From a virus, in IMG/VR virus record IMGVR_UViG_3300033148_003055, positions 17,559 through 81,558 of that record: a stretch of 64,000 nt of DNA; one strand, written 5' to 3'. Shown piece by piece: positions 47,316 through 56,861 of the stretch. A model generated the notes under the pieces. That model was not told where the DNA came from, searched no databases, and worked only from the letters and a program-made list of their open reading frames with translations. The number at the start of each line of letters is the position of its first letter. Positions within the stretch are counted from its first letter, which is position 1. The translations under genes and the position numbers were made by a program.

Positions 47316-48675
47316 GTCGAGCCTCCCTCTGCTTCTCCATGAGCTTCACGACACGCCCCATGTTCCACTTCTGGCCGTAGACCCGGGCCTGCAGGGAGTC
47401 AAGCATCGCCGTGTCCACCGAGTCCTCGACGACGAGGTCGATGATGAGCAGCGGGCCGTCCTTGTAGACCGCCAGGATGCGCTCTTCGCTTTGGGACCGG
47501 CGAAGCGGACCGTATGGGGGTGAGTAGTAGATCGCGGTGTCGGCGGCTGACAGATCGAGCCCGAAGTCCCCGATGGCGACCTGGAGCAGGAACACCCGGA
47601 ACCCGCCGTCCAGGAACTCGGCCTCAAGCCTTCGCCGGCCTTCTGGAGGTGTGTCGCCCGTCGCCCACTTCACGTCCACCTTCCGCTTCCGAAGGTACTG
47701 GAGGGCATCGTGGAGTTCGGCGTTGTATGAGAACCACACCACCACCTGATCCCGGGCGAGCTCGCCGTCCAGGAGTGACGCCAGCTCGATCAACTTCCCC
47801 TTCCACTTCAACTCACCGTCGACGTACCCGCCGCAAAGCTGGCGGAGCCAGTGCATCTTGACCGGGGCGTACGTCGTCCGCTTCACCTCCGCGCCGCGGT
47901 AGTCGAGGATCATATCCTCCTCGACCCCGTTGTACGCTTTGCGGAGGGTCTTCGGTAGCTCCAGGGTCCGACGCTCGTACACCTTCGGGACGTCGAGCCC
48001 GCACTCCTTACGGGTGAGGACGAAGGCCCGCTTGGCGACCTCCTGCTTGATCATAGTGGCCGCCCCGACCTTGGGCTGCCAATCGTACCCCCACGGTGGA
48101 CACTCGAAATACTTCGCCCGGAACCGCCAGTACGAATCACACCCGAACGCCTCCCCGTCGAGGAAGGCGAGCTGGCACCAGTAGTCGAGATCGCTTTGCG
48201 GATTCGGCGTCCCGGTCAGGACCCAGCGGTGCGGGACGTGGCGGAACTTCTTGAGGTGGAACTTGGTGATCTTGGGCTTAGGCTTGGAAATTGACGTGCT
48301 TTCGTCAATTACGACGGCGTCCCATTTGACGTCGGCGAGTTCTGGGATGGAGAGGTGGGCTTCCTTGTTGACGAGGTTCCACTGCTTCGGGTGGCGGAGA
48401 AGTTCAAGGCGCTGGTCCCGGGTTCCTTGCAGGAATTGCAGGTCGCGACCGAACCCTTCGGTCTGAAGCTCTCTCTCCCATGACCCCAGGGCGGAGTTAG
48501 GTGCGGCGATTAACACCCGAAGCCCCGCCCTGGGGTCCCGCGAACGATAGAGCTCTATCGTCCTGGTGGCGGTGAGCGTCTTCCCGAGGCGCATCTCCAT
48601 GAAGACGGCCGGGTGCGCCGTCCGCCTCGTATAGCGCATCGCCATCCGTTGAGGTTCTCGCAATCGCCGTCTCAT
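47302..48675 (-). CDS. SNF2-family helicase
   Basis: MEMRLGKT, IDES, LTGTP, GLDL, QSEERI. Confidence 0.9.
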   Translation of the reverse strand: MRRRLREPQRMAMRYTRRTAHPAVFMEMRLGKTLTATRTIELYRSRDPRAGLRVLIAAPNSALGSWERELQTEGFGRDLQFLQGTRDQRLELLRHPKQWNLVNKEAHLSIPELADVKWDAVVIDESTSISKPKPKITKFHLKKFRHVPHRWVLTGTPNPQSDLDYWCQLAFLDGEAFGCDSYWRFRAKYFECPPWGYDWQPKVGAATMIKQEVAKRAFVLTRKECGLDVPKVYERRTLELPKTLRKAYNGVEEDMILDYRGAEVKRTTYAPVKMHWLRQLCGGYVDGELKWKGKLIELASLLDGELARDQVVVWFSYNAELHDALQYLRKRKVDVKWATGDTPPEGRRRLEAEFLDGGFRVFLLQVAIGDFGLDLSAADTAIYYSPPYGPLRRSQSEERILAVYKDGPLLIIDLVVEDSVDTAMLDSLQARVYGQKWNMGRVVKLMEKQREARRAKA

Positions 48676-48706
48676 CGCACCCCACTTATCACTCGGGTAC
48701 ATGAGC

Positions 48707-48755
48707 AATATACCCCGCCCAGGGGAAATGTCCACAACTTTCTCAGAATTATTTT
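48707..48755 (-). promoter_or_regulatory. Sigma70-type promoter for the replication operon
   Basis: TGGACA-16 nt-TATATT with AT-rich upstream tract. Confidence 0.55.
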
Positions 48756-48836
48756 CGGGCCTCGGAAGGCCGTTCATCATGAACCGACCGGGGACCCTAG
48801 GGGGCGCCGGCCACCGCCCTCCGGGACCCGAGGATA

Positions 48837-48978
48837 ACTCCAAAAGGTAAAACGTTCAAAATTCCTTTTCGATAACAGGGGGGAGGGGGTGTCCCCTCTT
48901 TTACTCATATAAACTTTTAAAGATTACCCTTAAGATGGTACACCCCCACCCCCCTATTGTTGAAATGTAACTTTGAGC
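48837..48978. repeat. Long imperfect palindrome with AT-rich core, copy 2
   Basis: Shares ACTCCAAAAGGTAAAACGTTCAAAATT and ATTACCCTTAAGATGG with 17303-17458. Confidence 0.75.
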
Positions 48979-49150
48979 AAAATTCCTTTTTGCTACACCC
49001 TAATCCGACGGGCCTTGCCCGTTCGCTCGAGGGCTTCCGCCTCGGAAACTCCGCAGGCAATGACGTTCCCGGCCACCCACCAGCGCCCCCGCCAGTAGAG
49101 GTCGGTGAGCACGTCGAGCTGTGTCGTACGTTCCGTCCTTGTTCCGTATT

Positions 49151-51612
49151 TCATAATGTGTTCCCCGCCTCAACAACGGTGACCCCGTCCTCGCTTACAA
49201 GATACCACGCCAAGTGAGCCTCGACGTCGGCCCATCGTTTCGAGTTCAGAAGTTCGGGGTGATGATCGAAGGCTAGCTCGATGGCTTGCTCCTTCAAGAT
49301 CGCATCGTCTACGATGACCACGATGTCGATCGTATCTCCGTACTCGCACGTGCTCACCGTCACGACCCAGACTCTACTCGTCTCCACAGCTCACCTCCCT
49401 CCACATAAACCGGCGAGCAACCTCGCCAGCGGCCACGACCAGATCAGCGAGACCGCGATCAACCCGACCGCGATCCCCGCCCACCATGCATCTCGGGTTC
49501 CATTTTCCATGTATTACCCCCTCTGGGGATTTCGGGCCATAGATGCTCTCTAAGGGACGATCTCCCGAGACCCCCGTCGGGCGTCGTCTGGGGCCCGATC
49601 GCCGCGTCCTGCCCCGGTTACGTCCCAGGGTCGGGCGCTGGGCGCGCTGGTTCCCCCTCTACGGTCGCGGCCTCCGGAACGTACACGACGACCTTCCCAC
49701 GCTTGTTCACGAGGGGGATGTCCCGCCGTTCGCAGTGGGCCTTGTATCGGTCCTCGAACGGGGCCTCCCAGTACTCGAGCGGGTTACCCCCGACCAGCTT
49801 TTTACTCCTGGGCACGTCGTCCTCCCTTCTTCTGAGACGCGGGCCGCCGCTTGATGTGGCGCCCGTCTCGGCACGTCTTGCAGATGAGACCGCCCCCAGG
49901 GAAGTGCTCCTCCCGGAGGACCTGCTTGCACCGATCGCACCGCCAGTACGTCGTGGTCATCTCTACAACCCTCCGGTGTCTGCCGCCTTCAGGTACCACC
50001 ACTCCGACCGGTGGAGTTCGACGACGATGAACGGCTCGCTCTCGCCGGTAAACCCTCCGCCCGGACCGGTGATCGCCTTCGAGCAATGGGTTACCTTCAC
50101 GACACAAAGTTCGATCCCCCCATCGGCAGCCACGTACTCGCCCTTCCGCGGGACGGCTGTGAATACCTCGGGCCACTTCTCCTTCTGGAACTTGTCCAGG
50201 TTTGTGAAACACGTTCCTTTGATCTGCATGTCACTCCCCTTCCTGAGCCTCCACGACCCAGCGACCGATCACATCCTTGTGGACGCCCGACACCTCCGCC
50301 AGGTGATCCAAGATCGCCTTGGCGTTCACGGTGTGCGACGGGTTCGAGTACAGGAGAGCACTCTCACTCTCCGCATGTGTCGCGACGAAGGTCACTATCG
50401 ACTTGACGAGGTCAATTCCTGAGATGAACATCGTCCCCCTCCAATCCGACGAAGGCGTCCCGGAGCGCCGACCCCATCGTCTGCAGGGCGAGGCGCTGCC
50501 CGACCTCGATCGCCTTGGCCGAGTAGTCACAGCACTGCCGGCCGGCGTCTAGAGCGTCGGCGGCCTCGTCGGCCATCTCTTCCTCCCCTGTCCAGCACAT
50601 GATGTACAGACTGAGGGCCGCCCGTTCGGCGACGGTGCGGTTGGGGTCGTGGAGTTTCCTGGCGAGCTCGAGGACCTCGGGGTCCGTCGTCACGTCGGTC
50701 ATTCTGTTGGTGTTCATTTCGCACTTCCCTTCTTCGCAGGCAGCCCAGGAGGCGCCACATCATCCGCAAGGTTTTCGTCATCGTCATCGTCCTCGTCCTC
50801 GGGTTCGGGTTCCGACTCGACGTCCGGCGGGGATGCCCCTTCGATCTCGATCGCTTCCAGGAGCTCACCCAGTTCCCCGAGGTACGGGTCGATCTTCTGG
50901 TCGAGGCAGTCCTGTATTCTCCGGATCGCTACGTACATGTTTGGGGCGAACCGCAGGAGGGCACGATCCCCAGGCTTCTTGATCTCGATCTCGTATGAGC
51001 CACATCCCGCGTACTCGATGACCTCCTCATCCCCAGGCCCCGAGAGCCCTCCGTAGATTCCCTTGGCCGCGTCGATAACGTCCCGCGGCCACCCAGGGTC
51101 GAATGCCCAGGTCCACGGCACCTTCGTGTGAATCACGCTCCACCTCCCTTCGGGGCGCGGATGCGCTCCCGTTTTCCATTCGGCCAGATCACCCACACCG
51201 CAGGACTCCGGAGGCCCTCTTCTTCCCGCATGCTCGTGAGGAGTCCACGGGCGGAGTCCCTGATCTCGGTACGCGACCCCTCACGGATCGCCCAGAACAT
51301 GACCGGGTCCCTGGGGCGGTCCCGGTAGTTGATCTCCGCGCGGATCATCACTTACCTCCGTTATCGTATCTCTTTGATCTCGACCACGTCGTCCGTGTTC
51401 CAAATCCACAGGCGACCTTCTTCGTCGACGAACCGCGTTACACCGTCCCACGTGTGGTGGTAGTCGTCGGCCCGTAGCACCGTTCCGTTTTTGTGCTTGA
51501 CCATGTAGTCCTTGTCGTAGGCGACTGAATACGCCTTAATGGCGACGACTCCACAGTACACGATCACCGCGAACAACGCAAGCACAAACACCGCGCACCC
51601 GACTTCCGCAAC
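49151..51612 (-). CDS. Cluster of small early hypothetical genes (e.g. 49151-49387, 49618-49815, 49963-50229, 50412-50717, 51133-51351)
   Basis: Short coupled ORFs with RBSs, no recognisable domains. Confidence 0.55.
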
Positions 51613-51626
51613 GTCGTCCCTGCTCA

Positions 51627-52091
51627 TCACTTGCCTCCCATCAGCTTGATACACTCCGGGCCGTACCCCGACTCGATGGACTCGGGGACCGTGAGGCGCC
51701 GGCCACACCGACCGCACCGACCCTCGTGGAAGACCTGAACGTTCACCGGCATCGGCTCCTCCTTCTGGAGCCGGGCCAGAATCCACCGGAAGGCGCGGAC
51801 GCTCGAAGCGTCGTCGGCGATCTTCGACTTTCGCCCGTGAGAGTACGTGCGTATTTTCGGGTACCTCGACGGGCTGACCCAGACGCAGCCCAGGTACTTG
51901 TAATGGGCGCCGTTGTCCGGGCCGGTCAGGACCTTGACGAACCAAGGCCCCCGGGCCGTGGCATCCTTGGCTTTCGTCACCTTGAAGGTGAAGCGGTGCC
52001 CGTTGCTGGAGTTGAGGATCGTGAAGATGGCCTTGCCGGCCATCATGAACTTGAGCGGGTCCTTCAGCCCTGGGACTGTTGTTGCGGTCAT
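51627..52091 (-). CDS. DUF6011-like Zn-finger protein
   Basis: FVKVLTGPDN, HEGRCGRCGRRLTVPESIESGYGPEC. Confidence 0.8.
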   Translation of the reverse strand: MTATTVPGLKDPLKFMMAGKAIFTILNSSNGHRFTFKVTKAKDATARGPWFVKVLTGPDNGAHYKYLGCVWVSPSRYPKIRTYSHGRKSKIADDASSVRAFRWILARLQKEEPMPVNVQVFHEGRCGRCGRRLTVPESIESGYGPECIKLMGGK

Positions 52092-52280
52092 CGACTACCC
52101 CCCATGATGTGGTCGAGGTACTTGTCGCAGGCGCGGTTGGCGAGGACGCTGGTGAAGAGCATGCGCCCCGCGACCAGCTTCCCCCGCGGAAGTACGCCGC
52201 GCCGGATCAGCCCGCGAAGGGCGCCCGGCGTCACGCGCAGCACCTGGGCAAGCTCCTGAGTCGTTATCGTCTGTATCACA
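52088..52280 (-). CDS. Excisionase-like HTH protein
   Basis: TTQELAQVLRVTPGALRGLIRRGVLP. Confidence 0.65.
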
Positions 52281-52504
52281 CCGCACCCCCGATCCATGCC
52301 TTGACTTCGTCCCTCATCCGTCCGTGCATCGTCGGGCTGATCGTCCGGTCCTGCTTCGCCCAGGATAGCATCCGAATCGCTTCGACCACCGCGTCACGGT
52401 CACCACCCTCAGCCTTGACCTTGAGCGAGCGTAGCTCGGCCTTCAGGACGGCTCGGGTCTCCGCCCGATGGCGGTTGCGGGTTTCGCGTTCGACGTCGTT
52501 CACT

Positions 52505-53152
52505 TCACACCTCCTCGGCGGCGGTGAAGGTTCCACCGAGCGACTTACAGAATGTGGCGGCGGTCTTCTGGAACCGCTTGACCTCGGGCTTACCCCAGTC
52601 CCCGACCCGTGCCCAACCGTTCAGGGTCTCCCGGTAATCGACGGTGGCGTCCAGTGCCTTCGACGCGGACTCCATCGTCTTCATCGCCCGGTTCTCCTTC
52701 GGGGTGAACTTGAGAGTGTAGTTGGGGAGCCGGGGGTCGTTCTTCGACGAGTGGTGCGCCGCCTGTTCCATCGTCCTGACCCGCGGGTCGTTCCACCACG
52801 GCTGTTTGAGCCCGGCGGTCCGGGCGGCGGCCTCCTTCTTCTCCGCCTTCCGTATCTTCTTCATGACGGGGTCGGCGTTCATGGACTTCGCCGCTTCCTT
52901 GAGCAGGAACCTGAGTCCGGCTGCGGCTCTGACCCCGGCGCAGTCGGTGCAGAAGACGCCGTCGCCGTGGACAGGCTTCTCGTGGAGGGCAGACGTGGAC
53001 TGGTAGCTGGACCGGGGACTTTGGTAGCTGTGCATGTCATCGCCGCACGCACAACAGTGACCCTCTTCGACCTCCGGCAGTCTCCAGTACAGGCGGCCGT
53101 CCGCGGCCCGCCCCAGGTGTTCGTCGTACCAGTTCTTCGCCTTCTTCATCAC
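52505..53152 (-). CDS. Hypothetical protein with CxxC pairs
   Basis: 215 aa, GAGGAGG RBS. Confidence 0.65.
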   Translation of the reverse strand: MMKKAKNWYDEHLGRAADGRLYWRLPEVEEGHCCACGDDMHSYQSPRSSYQSTSALHEKPVHGDGVFCTDCAGVRAAAGLRFLLKEAAKSMNADPVMKKIRKAEKKEAAARTAGLKQPWWNDPRVRTMEQAAHHSSKNDPRLPNYTLKFTPKENRAMKTMESASKALDATVDYRETLNGWARVGDWGKPEVKRFQKTAATFCKSLGGTFTAAEEV

Positions 53153-53172
53153 GTCCTCCTCGGTTCGATCCT

Positions 53173-53242
53173 CGGCTTACCTCATCAGCGGGTCGGGAGC
53201 CACCCGACTCGGACGGCCTCGAGGGGCGAGGCCGTTTCGGTT
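53173..53242 (-). ncRNA. Hammerhead ribozyme, type II
   Basis: ACC-GAAA-stem III-GUC-stem I-CUGAUGA-GGU; loop I GGCU can pair with downstream AGCC. Confidence 0.85.
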
Positions 53243-53346
53243 GTCTGCTACTCCGGCTTGCCGGGTGACGCCCGCGTCACCGATCCAGCTTCCGGACCGC
53301 ACTGCCTTCGGGCCGTTTTCCCCGGCGCTCCCGGCAGGCTATTCAG

Positions 53347-53397
53347 TTGTCAAAGACCAGGGCACTCGCTCCGGAGCCCTCCGGGGGAGGGCGCCGG
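53347..53397 (-). promoter_or_regulatory. boxB-like hairpin plus boxA-like antitermination site
   Basis: GCCCTCC/GGAGGGC hairpin upstream of GGTCTTTGACAA. Confidence 0.55.
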
Positions 53398-53406
53398 GCG
53401 GGGGTC

Positions 53407-53658
53407 CTAGCTCAGAAAATCCACGATGTCCTCGAGCCCCTCTTGCACATAGGCGAGGTCGCCGGCGAATCCCCAGTTGGTCCTGTCGCCGTTCTTGAAC
53501 GTCTCGTCATGCTCTTCAAGCTTCTTGGCGATCTGCTCGATGAGGCTTTTGACACTGGCCCTGCGCTCTTCGTACGCAGTGATTGCGGTCCTGTGGGCGG
53601 TCGTTTCGGTCGTCATCGTTCTGGCCTCCTGAGTTTGGGTTTCGTCTTGGGTTCTCAT
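53407..53658 (-). CDS. First early gene, hypothetical
   Basis: NWGFAGDL motif; GAGGAGG RBS behind promoter. Confidence 0.7.
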   Translation of the reverse strand: MRTQDETQTQEARTMTTETTAHRTAITAYEERRASVKSLIEQIAKKLEEHDETFKNGDRTNWGFAGDLAYVQEGLEDIVDFLS

Positions 53659-53680
53659 CCCGTCCTCCTCTTTCACCAGT

Positions 53681-53740
53681 ATCTTACCATATATATCGGC
53701 GCGGTCAACGACAAAATCCATGTTTTCTGAAAATAATCCT
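53681..53740 (-). promoter_or_regulatory. Sigma70-type promoter (repeat copy 2)
   Basis: TTGACC-16 nt-TAAGAT; homologous to 8966-9025. Confidence 0.7.
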
Positions 53741-53777
53741 AGTGGTCGGTAGACCCCACTAGGGGGCATTATACGGA

Positions 53778-53802
53778 CCTCTAGACCCTTTGGGTCTAGA
53801 GG
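53778..53802. terminator. Perfect hairpin ending the tail/modification operon
   Basis: CCTCTAGACCC-TTT-GGGTCTAGAGG just past the GT9 stop. Confidence 0.5.
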
Positions 53803-53817
53803 GGTTTCCGTGGATTC

Positions 53818-54807
53818 TCAGAGCTGACCTGCTCGGCCGCGCGAATCCGGGCGGTTCACCTGGGCGAGGATTGCGCGGATCGCGGGCCCGACTGGGAGGT
53901 TTACGAGTCCCGGGCATCCGGCCTGCCGGCAGACGTCCGCGTCCCAGCCGACGGCGCGTTGGTAGTGGCACGGCGCGGTGCAGCCGCCCTCCCGTTCGAC
54001 GGGCTCGGCCTGGACGACCAGGGCGTCGGGATAGTGCTTGCAGATCAAGCGGCCGTCCGTCGGGCCGAACACCGACACGCTCGGCGTCCGTACCGCCGCC
54101 GCCATGTGGAGCATCCCCGAGTCTGCGGTCACCATCACGTCCGCCGCGCTGGCGGCGTAGGCGAGGTGCTCCTGCTGGAGCTCTACGAGTTGGGGGACGT
54201 TCGTCCCGGCGACTTTGCAGAGCCCCACGAACACCGGCTCCAGACCGCCCGCCTTCAGAACGTCGGCGAGTTCCTTCCACTTTTCGAGAGGCCATGTTCT
54301 GGCCCGGCAGGTCGCGTGGGGTTGGAGCATGACGACGGGGCGCCGGGTGTCGACTCTTGCCGCGGCGATCATCCCGCGACCGAAACCATACTGCTCACGG
54401 GTGATCCCGATGAACTGGCACTCCGCTTCAGACACGGGGAGTCCGGCCGCCGCAAAGAAGCAGTCGAGCCGGTCCTTGGTCGGGCGCCCCTTCGTCTCGA
54501 CCTCGTGGTCCCATCCCGGGCAGAACATGTTGACGTACTTGTCACGTCGCCCGCCCCTTGCGAAGTACTCCCGCTCGCGGACGCCCTCCTCCCAGTTGGC
54601 CTTACGCTCATACCGATTATTCCACCTTATAGAGGTAGGGATAGGCCAGGCCTTGTCGACGCCAGCAACCATCTCTGCGAACGGTGCGTAATAGGAGAGG
54701 GTGAAGGCATCGACCTGCCAGCCGGCCTTCTGGAGCTTACGCGCGACCGCCGCGCAACGCAGAACATCACCCAGGCCGCCCCCTTCTCTACAAATCGCTA
54801 GGCGCAT
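53818..54807 (-). CDS. Glycosyltransferase family 9 (ADP-heptose transferase-like)
   Basis: GGLGDVL, RTWPLEKW, VTADSGMLHMAAAVRTPSVSVFGPT. Confidence 0.92.
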   Translation of the reverse strand: MRLAICREGGGLGDVLRCAAVARKLQKAGWQVDAFTLSYYAPFAEMVAGVDKAWPIPTSIRWNNRYERKANWEEGVREREYFARGGRRDKYVNMFCPGWDHEVETKGRPTKDRLDCFFAAAGLPVSEAECQFIGITREQYGFGRGMIAAARVDTRRPVVMLQPHATCRARTWPLEKWKELADVLKAGGLEPVFVGLCKVAGTNVPQLVELQQEHLAYAASAADVMVTADSGMLHMAAAVRTPSVSVFGPTDGRLICKHYPDALVVQAEPVEREGGCTAPCHYQRAVGWDADVCRQAGCPGLVNLPVGPAIRAILAQVNRPDSRGRAGQL

Positions 54808-55459
54808 AACGCTCCAAGATTTCCTTCGCCCACTTCACCATGTCGGAGACTCGCTGGCCGGGGAAGTGAGCGTCCCGTAGGCAGAGCTCGAGATTCTCTA
54901 TTCGGTTGTTACTCCGTATTCCGTTCTTATGATGGACTATCTCTTTTACGGTCAAGTAACGCCCGAGGGATTCTTCCATGACTAACCGGTGCTCTTGCAC
55001 GTAATTGTTGACCGCGTTTGGGTGCTCAGGACGATTGAGATAAACATACCCGTGATCGACTTTTCTTCCACCTGCCCAGGCGGGCCGGCACTTGCCTGAC
55101 GCTCCACAACTCCTGGTCTCGCCCTTAAACAACGAGTGTGCCGCGATGACTTTTTCAACTCCGCAGTCACACCTACAAAGCCAAGTCGCACTTCTATCTT
55201 TGTTGATGCCAACACGTTTCAGAACCAACAGCTTCCCGAAACGATTCCCTGTGATGTCGCGAGCGCGTACCGCGCGAACGCATCCACAGTGGGTGCTTGC
55301 ACCTTTCCTTAGAGCATTCCCGCGAACGAGCTTCTCTACTCCACAATCGCATCGGCACCACCACGCCGGTCCGCGGTTGAGCACCCCACGTCGCTCGAGG
55401 ACCGTCCATTTACCAAACTTTTTCCCGGTCAAGTCGATGTACGTGCCCGGTCTTGCCAT
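54788..55459 (-). CDS. HNH homing endonuclease
   Basis: Two DLTG.KFG...W.CRCDCG repeats; EHRLVME...VHHKNGIRSNNRIENLEL. Confidence 0.9.
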   Translation of the reverse strand: MARPGTYIDLTGKKFGKWTVLERRGVLNRGPAWWCRCDCGVEKLVRGNALRKGASTHCGCVRAVRARDITGNRFGKLLVLKRVGINKDRSATWLCRCDCGVEKVIAAHSLFKGETRSCGASGKCRPAWAGGRKVDHGYVYLNRPEHPNAVNNYVQEHRLVMEESLGRYLTVKEIVHHKNGIRSNNRIENLELCLRDAHFPGQRVSDMVKWAKEILERYAPSDL

Positions 55460-55468
55460 CTGAGTCTC

Positions 55469-56836
55469 CTACGGGCAGCACCCCTCGGTTTTGATACCGA
55501 TGAACCGCTTGACCTCGTCAGGCTCGAGCTCTGACAGAATCCAGAGCGCGTTCTCAATCCACATCTTCTTGATCGCACACTCCACCGGGTGAGGTTTCGT
55601 GAGCGGGTATCCACCGACCAGGGAATACTCGCGACACCCGCCCCCGCACACCCACCGCAGATCACAGTCCGAGCATCCATCCCTGGCGTAGAATCTGTTC
55701 TCCATCCACTTGCACCGGTCTGCCTCGCGCAGACCGTCCCAGACATCACCGATCTTCGTAGGGCCCTCGCGGTGACAGGCGAAGACGTTGCCGTCCGCGT
55801 TCACCGTGACGATCCCGACGCCAGCCCCGCACTCCGTGCAAGCGAACTGCTGAACGGCTAGTCGCCGAACCATATGCTCCATCTGCCGAAAGCCGGCCTT
55901 GTTCCCGTTCTTGATCCGACGGACGACCCACTCAGCGGCATTGTCGTACTGCTCCCTGAACTGACCGACGTTGTCCTCAGTGATGGCTAGGCCGTGCCCC
56001 TCCACCAAGGCGGCGCACCCGTCTTCGGTCAGGTTGACCGGCTCCACCGATACGCCGTCGGCCAGGCCCTCGTCGCAAAGTCCGTTCAGGTACTCAAGAC
56101 GATCTACGAGGTCGACGCCTTCACCCGTGAACGTCCCGCGGAGCGTAATTCCTTTGACCCCATCGAGGCCCTTCAGGTTTTTAAGGCCTTTGAGTACAGC
56201 GGCATGCGATCCGGAACCATCAGGAAAAACCCGGTACTTGTCGTGGTCCTTCGCATCGCCGTCTAGGGAGACGATAAAGGAGAACTTGTGCTCAGAGAGC
56301 CAACGGGCCTTGTCCGGGTTGAGCAATACACCGTTGGTCGTGACATGGAATTGTGCTCCGCAACCTCTCTGGGCCGCAAGCATTTCAACGGTCGCCACAA
56401 TCTCCTGCAGCCGACGCCAGGCTACGAGAGGTTCACCCCCGAAGAAGGAGATTCGCATGGGCGGGTTCCGGTCTGATTTTGGGTTGAAGGGGAAAAAGTT
56501 AAGCGCGCGTCGGGCGACACGCAACGGCATAGTCGGGAACTCATGATCGGGATTGTAGTTGCGGACGAAGCAATAGGAGCACCTCAGGGGGCAACCATGC
56601 GTCACGTTGAAGACGACCTGTCGGACGAAGCCCTTCTGGTTCCCATTGTACTGCGGTTGGAAATCGCACGGAGCGGGGTAGCGGTCCTCAATGACCTCCG
56701 CCGCGAGGAGAGAATTAGCGTCGATCACTAATGACTTGCCCCGCACCGTACATTCGTAAAGTCTCGGTGCGCTCACCGGGACTGTCTTGATTCCCTTCGG
56801 CCCGTCTCCATAACCTTCTAAGTTGAGTCTGCGCAT
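55469..56836 (-). CDS. Radical SAM/SPASM peptide maturase (anSME/ranthipeptide maturase-like)
   Basis: CPLRCSYC, FFGGEPL, TTNG, SLDG, SPASM CGAG...ACH...CSDC...CGGGC; GAGGAGG RBS before MRRLNL. Confidence 0.92.
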   Translation of the reverse strand: MRRLNLEGYGDGPKGIKTVPVSAPRLYECTVRGKSLVIDANSLLAAEVIEDRYPAPCDFQPQYNGNQKGFVRQVVFNVTHGCPLRCSYCFVRNYNPDHEFPTMPLRVARRALNFFPFNPKSDRNPPMRISFFGGEPLVAWRRLQEIVATVEMLAAQRGCGAQFHVTTNGVLLNPDKARWLSEHKFSFIVSLDGDAKDHDKYRVFPDGSGSHAAVLKGLKNLKGLDGVKGITLRGTFTGEGVDLVDRLEYLNGLCDEGLADGVSVEPVNLTEDGCAALVEGHGLAITEDNVGQFREQYDNAAEWVVRRIKNGNKAGFRQMEHMVRRLAVQQFACTECGAGVGIVTVNADGNVFACHREGPTKIGDVWDGLREADRCKWMENRFYARDGCSDCDLRWVCGGGCREYSLVGGYPLTKPHPVECAIKKMWIENALWILSELEPDEVKRFIGIKTEGCCP

Positions 56837-56861
56837 CCTGTCCTCCTCGCTAGAGTTCTCA

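Noticed and set aside
48700-48709. Self-target of array spacer TTGCTCAT (10-nt match next to the replication promoter), plus a near match of spacers 1 and 2 to the 8990 promoter
   Set aside because: The partner spacer does not match alongside in the first case, and the second needs an overlap and a mismatch; matches this short are expected by chance in 64 kb
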